A DNA stretch of 63,799 bases, filler included, from Atractiella rhizophila (Eukaryota), in NCBI GenBank assembly GCA_021432655.1. It is 48 parts of 48 records of this genome, joined end to end, with 100 filler letters (N's around TTAATTAATTAA, not from the genome) between each part and the next. Parts side by side here need not be neighbours in the genome. Positions count along the whole stretch, not along the records: positions 1 to 1,278 come from MU273045.1; positions 1,379 to 2,656 come from MU273046.1; positions 2,757 to 4,027 come from MU273048.1; positions 4,128 to 5,398 come from MU273049.1; positions 5,499 to 6,764 come from MU273050.1; positions 6,865 to 8,129 come from MU273051.1; positions 8,230 to 9,492 come from MU273052.1; positions 9,593 to 10,851 come from MU273053.1; 40 more parts are not named here. One strand, 5' to 3'. A program made the translations under genes and the position numbers. Shown one piece after another: positions 1 to 12,203 of the stretch (position 1 is its first letter; each line of letters begins with the position of its first letter). Under the pieces are notes generated by a model. That model was given only the letters and a program-made list of their open reading frames with translations. It did no database searches and was not told where the DNA came from.

Positions 1-679
1 CTGAGCATCATCCAGCGCTTCTACTCCGTCCTCCTCGTCTTCCAGTTCCTCCTCCTCCAAGGCTCCACCTTCCACACACACGTCATGCTTGTTCGCATCC
101 TCTCCATGCTTCGTCTCGAGCTCTCTTGGTGCGTTGCCCTCCTCATCCATTGCGGTACGGAAAAGGGTGATGGTGTTCTGTTCTTGCTGGGTCGGTAGCC
201 AGAGCTCGACAAAGAGCTTTCGCTTCTTGATGGGTGTCTCAGCTGGCATCACCCTCCTCATTTCATTAATACACCAGTTGGAGCCTCCGAATCCACTCTA
301 TAGCAAGAGATCTATAATAATAGACTTTATCACTCAAGGTGCTCTCCCTTCCGTTATGACTTTTTCATATTTGACCAAAATGACAGTTCCAATGACCAAC
401 CGTCTACACATCCTCCTCTCCGACCTCGCCCTCGGTCTCGTCCAATTAATCTTTATTGTCCTCTGCTGGGACTTTCATCATCATAGAGAAGAGGAGGAGG
501 AAGATGTGGCGAACCCTTTCAAGAAGGAGCTTTTCGTTCTACGAGCTTCCGACGTCTGGGAACGCGTTTCAAATCCCAAAGGTGCTGTCGGGCTGAGCAC
601 GATCCCGTCGATGGAGAGAGGCAGTGGGGATGAGGAGACGCTCCCCTTACATGCTCTACGGATACGGACATCCGAGTAG
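1..679 (+). CDS. DUF1746 / Dsc4-like fungal membrane protein, 5'-partial
   Basis: Exon 1-128, intron 129-198 (GTGCGT..TAG) and exon 199-679 splice in frame. SIIIDFITQG and LLSDLALGLVQL resemble the DUF1746 'IIDFIGQ...LLLDLLILGLQ' pattern. Confidence 0.6.
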
Positions 680-763
680 TGCGGTTGATGACTAGACAAA
701 AGAGGTGCGCTTCGTCAGCTTCACTTTTGCGAATAATTAACATGTTGAATGATGTAGGAACCA

Positions 764-1277
764 TTAATCCTCAAATTGCAGAAATGCCTTCTCCTCCCTC
801 CACGCCTCCTTCACACCTCCAACCTCCTCCGCACACTCCTTCTCGCAAGACAACACGAACACGGTACTCCACTCCCACCTCCCCCTTCCCTTCCTCTTCT
901 CCCCTTCCTCCTCCTCCTCCTCCGTCTCATCAACCTTCGGCCACACCTCCTCGAGCGCGGGCATCAGCTGAAGTTCGAACACGCGCTTCGATCTACACTT
1001 CTCACACCTATCCACCTTGGACGAATCGAACTCCCTCTCGTCCACCTCATCCTCGTCCTCTCCCTCTCCCTCCTTGAGAGGAAAGAGCAAATCGAACGTC
1101 TCCCCCTTCCCAGTGAACGCCAGCGGCACACCCCCGAAATCGTGTCTGACGACTTGGTTGGGAAACGGTCGAACGCGGTCTTGGAACTCGACGAAGATGT
1201 CGTCTACGGAGAGCAGGGATGAGAGGGCGGACGGCCGCTCGTAGGCCTCATTCGTCCATTCCGGACCGCCGGATGAT
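764..1277 (-). CDS. TSR4: PDCD2/PDCD2L C-terminal domain protein (Tsr4-like ribosome assembly chaperone), 5'-partial
   Basis: FQDRVRPFPNQVVRHDFGGVPL...RCEKCRSKRVFELQLMPAL...WEWSTVFVLSCEKEC...WREE is the PDCD2_C signature. Confidence 0.85.
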
Positions 1278-1278
1278 T

Positions 1279-1378
1279 NNNNNNNNNNNNNNNNNNNNNN
1301 NNNNNNNNNNNNNNNNNNNNNNTTAATTAATTAANNNNNNNNNNNNNNNNNNNNNNNNNNNNNNNNNNNNNNNNNNNN
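1279..1378. other. Artificial contig spacer N44-TTAATTAATTAA-N44 (first of 47 in the window)
   Basis: The same 100-bp spacer, with stops in all six frames, recurs every ~1.3 kb. The flanking contigs decrease steadily in length. Confidence 0.99.
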
Positions 1379-2656
1379 AATGGCAAGACCACAAAGACGA
1401 TAACGAGGTTCAAGGACGTGCTCAAAAGTGTGGGGTTGAGGAAGGACGGAAAGCTCGTCGCTGTTGGGGATGAAAAGGGGGCAGTGGGAGTGTGGGAGAC
1501 GGAGAGGGGAAAGAGGGAGATGTTACGGGGAGGAAAGGTTCATGACGGGTGAGTTTCCTTCCTTAAAAAGCTAGTGGGCGAGGCGGGCTGCTCGATTTCT
1601 GGACCGTTATGTGTTCCCTGAGATTTGGGCTTATGCCGTTGCATTTATTCTTTACTCTTTGCTCGAGACTTTGAATGTTTTGGTTCGGTCAGCAAGTCGA
1701 GAATCAAGCTACACTGTCTGCTCCAGAGAACCTCCTCCAGTACTTCCTCTTCTCGAAAACTTGGTGTAGTTGTCTTTAATTGCGGAATCTATGAAGAGCC
1801 TGCGTTCTCGTTTTATTAATGAAGCCATGTTACAGCAGAGACGGAACTCACTCTGTGACTAAAAGGCAATTCGGAAGAGGACGGACAGGTCTGCCCGTCA
1901 ACGTCCGAGAAAGTGTGAAAGAATCGAGGGCGTCCTTTTTGTGCAAAGAATGAGATGACGCCCATTCTGCAAAAGAGCAACCCTCTTCTTGTCTGTGTTA
2001 CGGGTGATTCACAATGGAGTTTCATATCACGTGAAAATATTCAACATGATCAACCTTTTTCTAAAACTTATTCTTTTTTTCTGGGATGAGGCAGAGGCCA
2101 CTGACAAGAAAGTTGCTGTCAGTTCAGTTTCGTTGCGGAGAACCATATTATGAAACAGTTCTGCGTAGTTGCACCGTTTGCTACTGGCCCTCAGATTTGC
2201 TGGACTCTACCTTGAGGACATCAAGGTCGGTCGGACGCGTGTGTGTGCAGCGTTACGTCGACCCAATCTGTGCCACTTTCTCAGCTTTGTATCATGTACG
2301 ATGCAGTGGCAGGATGGTTTCACAACAGAAAACGTTTCAATACCTCGAGAAAGCCATTTTCTTTAGAATATCTCCTGCTCTTCTATTTCCTCGTCTTGCC
2401 TCGTAATCTGGCTTGAAAACAACTGGATGCTCTGCAACATCCAACCTCTGTCGCTTGCTTTCTGCGCCTGCCCCATTTTCACGTTACATATCGCCACTCT
2501 GAGCTAACAAGACTCCGACTTTACTCACAGCCCGATCAACTCGATCTCCTTTTCTCCCGTCCCAACATCAACCACCATCCTAACCGCGTCATCTGACAAC
2601 ACTGCGGCCCTTTTCGACCTGCCTACTGCTGCAAAAATCGCCACCTTCAAAGGGCA
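1379..2656 (+). CDS. UTP15: U3 snoRNP-associated WD40 protein Utp15, internal fragment (exons 1379-1548 and 2531-2656)
   Basis: KTITRFKDVLKSVGLRKDGKLVAVGDEKG splices in phase 2 to PINSISFSP..TILTASSDNTAALFDLP..ATFKGH, which are consecutive Utp15 WD repeats. Donor GTGAGT at 1549, branch GCTAAC at 2503, acceptor CAG at 2530. Confidence 0.8.
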
Positions 2657-5600
2657 NNNNNNNNNNNNNNNNNNNNNNNNNNNNNNNNNNNNNNNNNNNN
2701 TTAATTAATTAANNNNNNNNNNNNNNNNNNNNNNNNNNNNNNNNNNNNNNNNNNNNTTAGTTTCAGGTTGTAGCTCTACACTAGAGATGTAAGTAAACAA
2801 CCTGTTTGTGTTCACGAACCTCATGAGTATCATCCACCACGGAAGCACTCTGTCTCTATCATTCGGCTGAACCTACCACAAACACTGCAAAAAGCATTCC
2901 ATAGGGAGAAATGGATAGCACTTACAATGTGGTCAAGTGGCCACGTTTCAAAGCTGTATTCAATACACCATTGCAAGTTGTTAGCATTTGGATGCTCAGA
3001 TGAATGCATTTCGGTGAGGCAGCACTTGCCCTGTCAGGAAAGGTTGTCGTATTGGTCCAACACGACGGGGCTTAGTGATGCCTTCCACGATCAGACGGCA
3101 AGCTTTATCGCATATGTAGAGCCTGTTGGTATAAGACTGGTGACACAACGTGATGAGCAGTGAGCTTCCCAAATTTCCCAACTGGTGTGAGCATTGGCTG
3201 ACTGATATATTCACAGGGTTTGATTCCTGCCATCTGAATAATTTCTGTAATATACATAAAATAAGTACTATAATAAAAAACCCCTGTCATTGAAAAGCTG
3301 GAAGGTCAGCCAAAGTGGTCAGAAAAGCACAGCGAAATGGGAATGGAATGGGATAAAACAGAATGTTTTTCCCGTTGTAAAATTTCTATCATGGGAACGG
3401 GTACAGCTGCACCAAGATGTGTACAGATACGCCATCAAGTGTATTCATATGAGCCCAGCCCTGGTCGACTGACAATTCAACTGTGCACAGACAAGGGGAA
3501 GGCTGACATCGGATGACGGTCAGTTGGAAACACAGTACACGATCGGATGAATACAAATCTACGTTCCACTAGATCAAATTGCCAACTCATCTGGATCCAG
3601 TTCACCAATGGCGGACCTCATTCAATTATCACAGGTGGATCACACCCCACTAAGGAATGCATACAGATAGACTCTTATCTAGATGCAGATATGTTTTCAC
3701 TTAATGTCAACCGAAGGTCAGAGTTTGACAGATGTACAAAGCTGAATACGGGATGATCACAGGAGGTTTCGGCCGGTGACGCCTGAGTCCTGCTGGTACA
3801 TTCTGAATGCGGGATGGGGATATAGCTGGACAGCTGTATCCAGCTGACTATCAGAATAAATACAGTTGTGATTGTCTGGTTACAGTTTTTAGATTCAACT
3901 GACCACCACCTGAAATTGAATTGGCAGTGTAGGTTGTGTGATGTTGGACACATTTTGCCAAGGGCTAGGCTTCCACTGGCATTGAATCCCTCTTCTGCCA
4001 CAATTAAATTGGTCGAGATGATAAAAANNNNNNNNNNNNNNNNNNNNNNNNNNNNNNNNNNNNNNNNNNNNTTAATTAATTAANNNNNNNNNNNNNNNNN
4101 NNNNNNNNNNNNNNNNNNNNNNNNNNNCTGTATCGTCGACTGTTTGTATCGGGATGGGGACTCACTGCAGGTTTAGAGCAACACACCGTAGCTGCCATCA
4201 GATCTCCACACGGACCATCGACGACCTACTCCCTTCCTGATCCTCTGTCATCCTTCCTTCGTGAAGACGAACGTAGTTTTGGTAGTGTGAAGTGTTACGT
4301 GACAAGAAGGTGAGACCGTTGAAACTGTAGTCACGTCCAGCCAAATATAATACGCCACACGTCAACTTGAGCTACTCAACGTGATGGATTGACATAGCAA
4401 GAAATGACGCAAACTCCTTGACGGATGATAAAAATACATTAATCTGGAATGTGAATCAGTACGGGAGCATAGGATTAGAGCGGTCGAGAACCAGGCTCTT
4501 CATGTTTTCGCCCCGAGTCCTCTGGCGTGATGTTCTTCGTTTGATTGGATCGCTTGACTTCGTCGTCAAAAAATGTGGACCCGGTTACCCAATTGGAGAA
4601 TATGACTTCAGATATACGAGTTAAGAAGAAAGGGAGATGAAGACACTGGAAGGTTCAGAGGAGGATTCTCCATGTTTCCAACAGCGAAAGGTTTTCAGAA
4701 ACCTAGTGCAGAACCCACGCAACCGGCGCTCCGCGGTAGCATCAGCATCGATCTTCACATACTCGATATCCACGTCCTCGTGAAGGAGTTCATCACCAAT
4801 CCAGGGGATTTACGTTGCCGTTGCCTGTGTCGATGTCCAGGAGTCACTCTCGCAGACACATTTGTAGTACGGGGAACTCACTCGCTGAGCCTTACATCTA
4901 CACGGGGGTATTCCGCGCGGATGCTCGCCATTAGCGTTTGTGAAAAGCGAAGACTGATGGTCAACTGTCGCACTGTCGCTTCCTCCTCCGATTCGCAGCC
5001 CAGCCACGGATGGCGCTTCCTCCTTCCTCTTTCCTCTCCGTCCTCAGCTCGCTCTTGAGCCCCTCGATCAACATATTTCACTTCCTCTTGTTCTCTCTTC
5101 ATCCCGTGTACGGCTTCCGCATAGCTGACGTGCTCGACACCACACCGTCCGAATCTATTTCAACATGAGCATCATAGGCTTGCGGTGGGGGAAGGTGATG
5201 GAGCGCAGACAGCGAAAATAACGATTCGCAATGCAGTCCAATTCATAGAGAGGTGTCTAAGGGACCTAGGAGATGGAGAACCTGCCGATGATACTGTGAC
5301 CATGCTCCCAGCACGCCAGCGGCGTAGATTCAGCGTCCCATTCTCGACAATGTACTGCAAGAGTCGCATTGCTGCTAGAGTCACATAGCCCTAGGACCNN
5401 NNNNNNNNNNNNNNNNNNNNNNNNNNNNNNNNNNNNNNNNNNTTAATTAATTAANNNNNNNNNNNNNNNNNNNNNNNNNNNNNNNNNNNNNNNNNNNNGC
5501 GTTACGAATGGACTCTCTTGAATGTTTGGCCTCGCTCCTTTCGTGACTGTATATCATCCGACTGTTTCCGCATTGAATGGAAACATTTGGATGAACGACC

Positions 5601-6876
5601 CTTGACGACGTATTTTTCTTAGTACGTTCCGTGCCTATGCAATGTATGCGTTCCATGCAATTCTGTAAAGCTCAAGGTTTCAACGATCTTGAGGATTCAG
5701 TCGATTGTGATGGGTACAACACGGTAATTTCCATACACGCTTGGTTATCGCCTAAGGCTACACGCTGTAACAGTGAACCTCTGGAATACAAGACTGTCCC
5801 TTGCGAAGGTGATATAATGATATGTTGATGTGGATGTGAGAAAGGGGAGAGGAAGAAAAGAAACGGACAAGCACTCGAAAGATTAATGAATGAGTATATT
5901 TATGTTAAGTTGTTTCCGATGTGTGTCAAGTTGGATGGAAGCAAGAAAAACAAGAGGAGAAAGATTAATGAATGAGTAAGCTTTTTTTGTGTCCATGAAG
6001 TCCATGAAGGAAGGATGTAACTCAAGGAGAAGAGATCGATCTGAAAGAGAGTAACACAAGGAGAAAGTATTAAAAGCGTTAAGGCTAACCCCTTGTCGAT
6101 GACCTGTGAAAAATATAAACAAGAAAGAAATAGGATGATCGTCCATCTTAATCCCAAGAAAAGACAGAAAGGAAGACTTCAAGCTCGAGATCTAATCTCA
6201 ACAGGGACTCTTCTTCTACATCCCAGTGGAGCACCAACGAAAGGCTCGATTCAGTTGGTGCATGGCCAGAGCGGAATCAAGCTTCCTCTTCTTCCTCCTC
6301 CTCAACAAGCACGTCCAGCTTCCTTTGCCTCACATATGTCGTCACCGTGTGGTCCAATGCTTTAGGGAGTCCAATCTTCACTCCTTTCGCGAGCGCAACC
6401 TTGGAGGTCGGTCTGCGAAAGTTCTTTGTGGCCGCGTGAACTTTGCTTTCGAGGCTAGCGAGAGTGGAGGGTGGAGTGCGAGCGTATGCGACATGCGTTG
6501 GAGATGTAGAGGTAGAATTAGAGGCAGACGAAGGTTTGGCGCATTTCGAGTTGGACGGTTTGGCTGTAACATGACATGAAGCGAGTGGATGAGAAAACAT
6601 AGAATGAAAAAGAAAGTAAGACGAACGTTTGGCGAGACGTCCTCTTGAGTCCTTCGACGGCGCGATCAAAAGTGTTTTGTCCTTCGTCGATCGAGTCTTC
6701 GATTTGTGACTCTTGTTGGATGGTCCCTTTTCTGGTTGAACAAGTTTGAAGGAGCCGACGAGAGNNNNNNNNNNNNNNNNNNNNNNNNNNNNNNNNNNNN
6801 NNNNNNNNTTAATTAATTAANNNNNNNNNNNNNNNNNNNNNNNNNNNNNNNNNNNNNNNNNNNNCTGGTATATTAG

Positions 6877-7635
6877 TTATGGAGACTCGTCACAAGTTTC
6901 CTATACTGGGGACCGCCGAGTCTTGATTTCGTCTTTCACCTTTTCTTTTTGTGAGGCGTTCAAATCTTGTGTTGAGTTCAACCTGCTGACACCGTCTGGT
7001 CGCAGCATGCGGTATTCGCGAATGTTAGAAGAAAATTCCTTCGGCGGTCGCCGCGGTGACTACGTGTGGCTACTCGTCATCTCCTCTTCCCTTCTTCTCG
7101 TTTGTCATTTCCTCTATACAGTTTACCTGCTGACTTCAGCACAGCTCCTCTCACCACTCTCACCTACTCCCTTCCTCTCTTCTCCCCTTTCCTTCACCCT
7201 CGTATATCTCTGGTCTCGGCTAAACCCCTCCGTCCGCTTGTCCCTTTTTGGACTCTTTAATATCACAGCCCCCAACCTTCCCTACGCCCTCATCGCGTTC
7301 ACATGGATGGTTTCTCCCAATTCTGGATGGGGAAACGTAGCCGGAGATTTCATGGGAATCGTAGTAGGACACTGGTGGTATTTCTGGACTGAGATATGGA
7401 AGAGGGAGCGAGGAAGTGGAGGGAGGAATTGGTTAGAGACACCACGCATATTGTTCGTATCTCTTCCCACAGGCTTATCGAGTACTGGATGCTGATGTCT
7501 TGCTTGTTTTGCTGGAACAGTATACGGATCTTTGATGGACCTGATCGACTCGCGGAGAGAGACGCTCAAAATGAAGCTCAGGCACTAGCAATCGAAAACC
7601 TAGGGTTGCCTCCTGATCCTGTCCCCATAGGATGA
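6877..7635 (+). CDS. DER1: Derlin (Der1-like ERAD membrane protein), 5'-partial, 4 exons
   Basis: LWRLVTSFLYWG..DFVFHLFFFMRYSRMLEENSF...VYLWSRLNP...APNLPY...GIVVGHWWYF. Introns at about 6951-7005, 7100-7144 and 7453-7520. Confidence 0.92.
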
Positions 7636-7832
7636 TGTGTGGACTGGGGAAACGAGGAGTTGTTGTAGCAGTATTTGACAGTCACAATTTGTTCATACCC
7701 ACGTTGTTTGCACGCATTTCGTTGTCAATCCTCAAAATAATCTACGACACCCTTGTTTGTTAGATGAGTGAAAAGATGGGATAAATTACAAGCAAAGGAA
7801 AGCACTGAGCAGACGAGATTTACACCACCGCT

Positions 7833-8129
7833 TCAACCTGTTGGAGCAGCACCGGACGGCTGTTCAATCGTATTCCTCTGAATCTGTTTCTCTATATCTT
7901 GCTTATATTGACCAGGATCGTTCCCTGTTCCTTCATTTGAGCATGACTTCAAAAAGCGAATGAGTGGATCAGACGAACCTCTGAAACGTTTTCGCATGTC
8001 GAGCTGGTGGAGGCTCAGTGTGACAAAAGTACACGTTGAAGTTGCTACGTACCATTCCTCTTTTGCAATCGTACAAGGCCTGCCGTAAGAGTTTGCACTC
8101 CTCTGGCAGCTCGTCCATGTGGTTTCGTA
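7833..8129 (-). CDS. PET191: Cytochrome c oxidase assembly factor Pet191/COA5, 3' part
   Basis: Spliced minus-strand reading MDELPEECKLLRQALYDCKRGM|LDMRKRFR|G..., the second Cx9C motif plus the DMRKRFRG motif. It is not in the ORF track. Confidence 0.85.
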   Translation of the reverse strand, partial: YETTWTSCQRSANSYGRPCTIAKEEWYVATSTCTFVTLSLHQLDMRKRFRGSSDPLIRFLKSCSNEGTGNDPGQYKQDIEKQIQRNTIEQPSGAAPTG

Positions 8130-8299
8130 NNNNNNNNNNNNNNNNNNNNNNNNNNNNNNNNNNNNNNNNNNNNTTAATTAATTAANNNNNNNNNNNNNNN
8201 NNNNNNNNNNNNNNNNNNNNNNNNNNNNNGCAGCGTGTTCAATACGTGCAATTGGAAGAGTGCATTTCATATTGACATAGAAGGGAGAACGAGCAGTAG

Positions 8300-9492
8300 G
8301 GTAAGGGAAGGATGAATGAAACAATTAGCGCAGATGAGGGATACTGTAATTGCAAAGCTGTTACCTCTTGTACAAGCATTCCTGTGCACAAGGCCTTAAA
8401 TCAGCTCCACCAGCTGGACACTAGTTGTAGCTAGATCTAGTTGAAATGCTGAAACGATCTGAAAGGATGATGCGGAAGCTTTGTCAGCTTCGTCTGCAGG
8501 TGGACTTCCGCCTGAGGGAAAATGGCAACCGCACGTCTTTCCGTTACCGAAGATGGTCGAGGTTCAACGTGTTTGCTCACGGAATAGATAGACTCTTGCT
8601 CGACTTGCAAACGATAGACACGACAACAAGCAGTGTGCTTTCGATCTGGCAATCACCAAAGGTCTGACTTTTCACTGGCAAGGGAGGTCAGATGGGATGC
8701 CGTATGAAATGAAATAATTAGATGGTAGAACTGGAGGCAAGAGGATGAATGTGCTTGCGAATTGGCAGGTGGATTTGACATGGACAGGAGGATGCGTTTC
8801 AACGAAGCGTTCGCTCCAGGGGGACATTTGAGCAGAACGCAAAGAATGCGGAGGCGCAGCTGTTTGCCCAAACGAAAGTGCAAACGAAGGTGCTACAGCG
8901 AGAGCTCTCAATGATTTTACAGGGGACAGATTGGTATCGACTTCATCCATTTGATCCCCAACGACATGCAAGACGACACACGCAGAAGGGCAAGTTTCCT
9001 CATGTCACAGCATAGAATGGAGAGAACAACTGAGCGTCTCTAGGATCCTGCTTGGGTCGTTCTGGTTGATTAAATGGGGCATTACTCTTCCATGATGACA
9101 GCGCAGAAAATTCTGCATACTACGGAGTAAAACCACCCACAGCATCATTCACCGAAAGAGCAAGCAAATGTATTTCCCAATCTCTGTACCTAGCGTAACG
9201 AATATACAAATGGTTCACGCACCTTGGCCACTCCGGCTGCTCTTTCCGTTTACAGTCCAAATGCAGCTTCTGTTCATCAGGGACTTACTACAGTCTATTT
9301 ATCCACAAGCTTTTAGCATCTGGGCAATGGTTGACTTCGGAAGATTAACGTGGCAATCTTTAAGCCACTGTAAACAGACACAAACAAACCAATTTTGTGG
9401 TATATATAGATGGTTCTGCAGTATATTTTACACGATGCACCATTCTGCGTTCTTGGCTCAGTGGTAGACGACTCGGAAGCCGTTCGCCAGTC
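8300..9492 (+). repeat. 1193-bp segment apparently identical to 57456-58648
   Basis: Identical ORF translations at a constant offset of 49156, and the same 3' contig end. Confidence 0.95.
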
Positions 9493-11027
9493 NNNNNNNN
9501 NNNNNNNNNNNNNNNNNNNNNNNNNNNNNNNNNNNNTTAATTAATTAANNNNNNNNNNNNNNNNNNNNNNNNNNNNNNNNNNNNNNNNNNNNGTGTGGGT
9601 GAAGGGGCGGGCGACGGGATGGTACTCAAGGCAGAAAACCGGGTGGTTTTTGCCACGGGATGGTGGGTAACCCGTATGACAAGCCTAATCCCAAATTGTC
9701 GATAAAAGGCATCATGGGTGTTGCTGGCACTACTTTCTCCATCATCAGCATGGTGCCATCAAAGCCAACATGCCAAATCAAGTTGGTGGATATGGTAAAG
9801 AGGAATAATGAAGAAGGAACATCAATTAGCAAGAGAGAAAGAAAAATCAGACCATGAGATGTAAAGCCTTTCATTCTGCACTCATCCCGGATTACTCTCA
9901 TTGGGTCCATATTCGCATTACAGAAACTCTGCCATTCCCAGTTACGACGAGCTTGAAGTCTTGTCTTGAAGAGTATGGTCACAACCATGCGGCAGGACAG
10001 AAACTACATACATTATTTGTCTTACCCTTCCTATTTAATTTTGACTCATTGCTTAGGCTTCTTTTTGGCTTTACAAGACATGTGAGGAGCTGAGGAAACA
10101 GCTCTCTCCTAAGGAAGAAGATACCGATTGCCCCTTCATCGCGCATTCTCTGGATACCGCCCCAATCTTGATCTGATTCTGGTTTTTGACACCGTCTTAG
10201 AAGCCTCAAACTGCTCTGGGACGGTTTATGTGAAAGTGAGAATAAATATGACGTACCATCCTATATTGTGCAAGCTCGGAAAGTTCGTTGTGCACTGAAG
10301 CAGTCCATTTTCCACCCACTGCTCCTGGCAGATCTAGCAGTGGGTGAAACAGGGACGATGGAGGGCTCTTTGCACTGTCTTCAGGAGAAGAGAATGAGAT
10401 GGAAGTAAAGTGATGGTGGAGAGGATGGCGAACAGGTGGAGCAAGATGAAACGGAGGTATCGAACTGGGAGCTAGCCGAGATGCTGCCAGGGAAGATGTT
10501 CTAGAAATCCAAGAAACGAGTCCAGGTTCGTCCTTTATTCCATTCAAACAGCCTTGAAAAATGGGCCATGGTGATAGAATGGTCAACCGACCTCTACAAT
10601 GATAGCCCTTAGTCCAAATAAGCAGCATGTTCAAGAGTATATAGGGGATTGGACAGACTGGAAAGCGATAATCAGAGCTTAACTTATTTTCGCCAAGGTT
10701 TTGCTGCGGAGCCGACGGTTTCGCCCGATCAGTCCGGCCATAACATGGAAAAATCTGTAAGCCCGACATGTCGGTCGGAATCTCGTTGTGCACGCGACCG
10801 CCTGGAGGTATTGGAACAGGACCGCGCTTCCCTTCAACAGCTTCTGATAACNNNNNNNNNNNNNNNNNNNNNNNNNNNNNNNNNNNNNNNNNNNNTTAAT
10901 TAATTAANNNNNNNNNNNNNNNNNNNNNNNNNNNNNNNNNNNNNNNNNNNNCCCGGCGCTTGTAACGTTACTAAATCACGATGGAGAGCTTCATGACCCG
11001 TAGGTCGCAAAAAGCTCGTTAATGGAT

Positions 11028-11054
11028 ATCATCATCATCATCATCATCATCATC
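11028..11054 (+). repeat. (ATC)9 microsatellite
   Basis: Read directly from the sequence. Confidence 0.95.
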
Positions 11055-12088
11055 AGCACTGACCGCTTCGAAAAATTTGGCCCGGAGTTTGTCTGACATC
11101 CCGACTATTGCATCATGGAGACAGTTCGAGTTTGAATTATCCTCTTGATCGTAAAGTGCAAATGAGGGAGATGGGAAGATGCTTTCCTTTAAGATGTGTC
11201 AGTTCTTGGCATCCTTATCCTTATACAGTACTCTTTCGATTGGAGTGGACTGTAACGCATAACGCCAAGCGCATCCCAGTCCACTCTTTTGGGGTATGTA
11301 ACGTGTAACGCGCCACCATTCCATAAAAGGTAAGCAGGTTAACAAAGTTCAGTAACGCTGATCAGCTTTGCAAAGGAGGCATGCTCGCAAATGCGGAATG
11401 CCTACCGAAGGACTTGGTGGCCTCTCTCTTCCGTTTCATCAGCTCGTCTCGAGCCATCCTCTTCCCAACTCCAGCTCGCCCCTATATGTCTTTGCGGGTG
11501 GTCATCAAAACATTATCGGCCACTCACAAGTGTTCTTGGTTCTCTTGGTTCTCGAATAACGTTGCCAGAGTCAATCTCAACGGCCTCCATTGTCCCAACC
11601 TCAACACTCACAGTTATCAGTTCTTTAAAAGGTGTCAAATCCCCTTGTGCTCGGAATGGCACCTCTATCCCCAACGCGCCGGTACATTTCGCCGTTCCGC
11701 TACCACTAGGGACTCGCGTGAATGTGAATAATTCATGAACAGTCACCGTATCATTCACCAAAAAGTCATGAATAGGGCATTCATGAGCTGGTGAACTGGT
11801 GACTGTGACTGTGACATGAACTGTGACCGTCAGGCCTGAGAAATTCTTGAGTCATGACTAGTCATGAATAAATCACCGGGCACAACTCATGTCGGCCGGG
11901 TTACAGAGGAACAGTTTACCAGCAGACAGTTGAGACGGAATATGATGAGATCAGGCGGTACTTAGAAGATGACCTGGAGAAGACACGCAAGGACTTCGGT
12001 TTACTGGCTTGGTGGAATGGGGAACGGCAAGGAAGCAGTTATCCCAATCTCGCGAAGCAAGCAATAGCTGTGCTCTCCTGCCCTGGTG

Positions 12089-12203
12089 TGTGTCAGAGTT
12101 TGGCACCTTTTTAAGCTGCATTCGTGCCACTGTCATTTGTGGCTCTAGTTTTCTTTCCCCTTTGCCGTTTCCCTCATTTTGCCGAGTTCCTTAAGGTATA
12201 AAA
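12089..12203 (+). mobile_element. 5' part of an LTR-like repeat (family C), shared with 40234-40327
   Basis: TGTGTCAGAGTTTGGCACC...CATTTTGC is near-identical in two contigs with different left flanks. It starts with TG and runs to TATAAAA. A diverged relative lies at about 39376-39553. Confidence 0.65.

Noticed and set aside
679..1222. Pro/Ser- and Leu-rich plus-strand ORFs
   Set aside because: Antisense shadows of the TSR4-like gene. The same applies to the minus ORFs over PXA1 and the plus ORFs over the Copia RT.
1671..2044. RNase MRP/P-like RNA in the UTP15 intron (CACAATGGAGTTT resembles CR-V; closing stem present)
   Set aside because: No convincing CR-I (GAAAGUCYCC) partner for P4. It is kept only as an unspecified structured-RNA candidate.
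2757..4027. Degenerate coding-like sequence (similar cases at 9700-10851, 25771-27009, 37777-39002, 48332-49544, 51040-52159)
   Set aside because: No motif I can assign with confidence. Probably old TE or gene remnants, which need translated HMM searches.
5878..5978. 20-bp direct repeat GAAAGATTAATGAATGAGTA
   Set aside because: There is no GT/AG at the repeat boundaries and no LTR context, so it does not fit the LTR-intron pattern.
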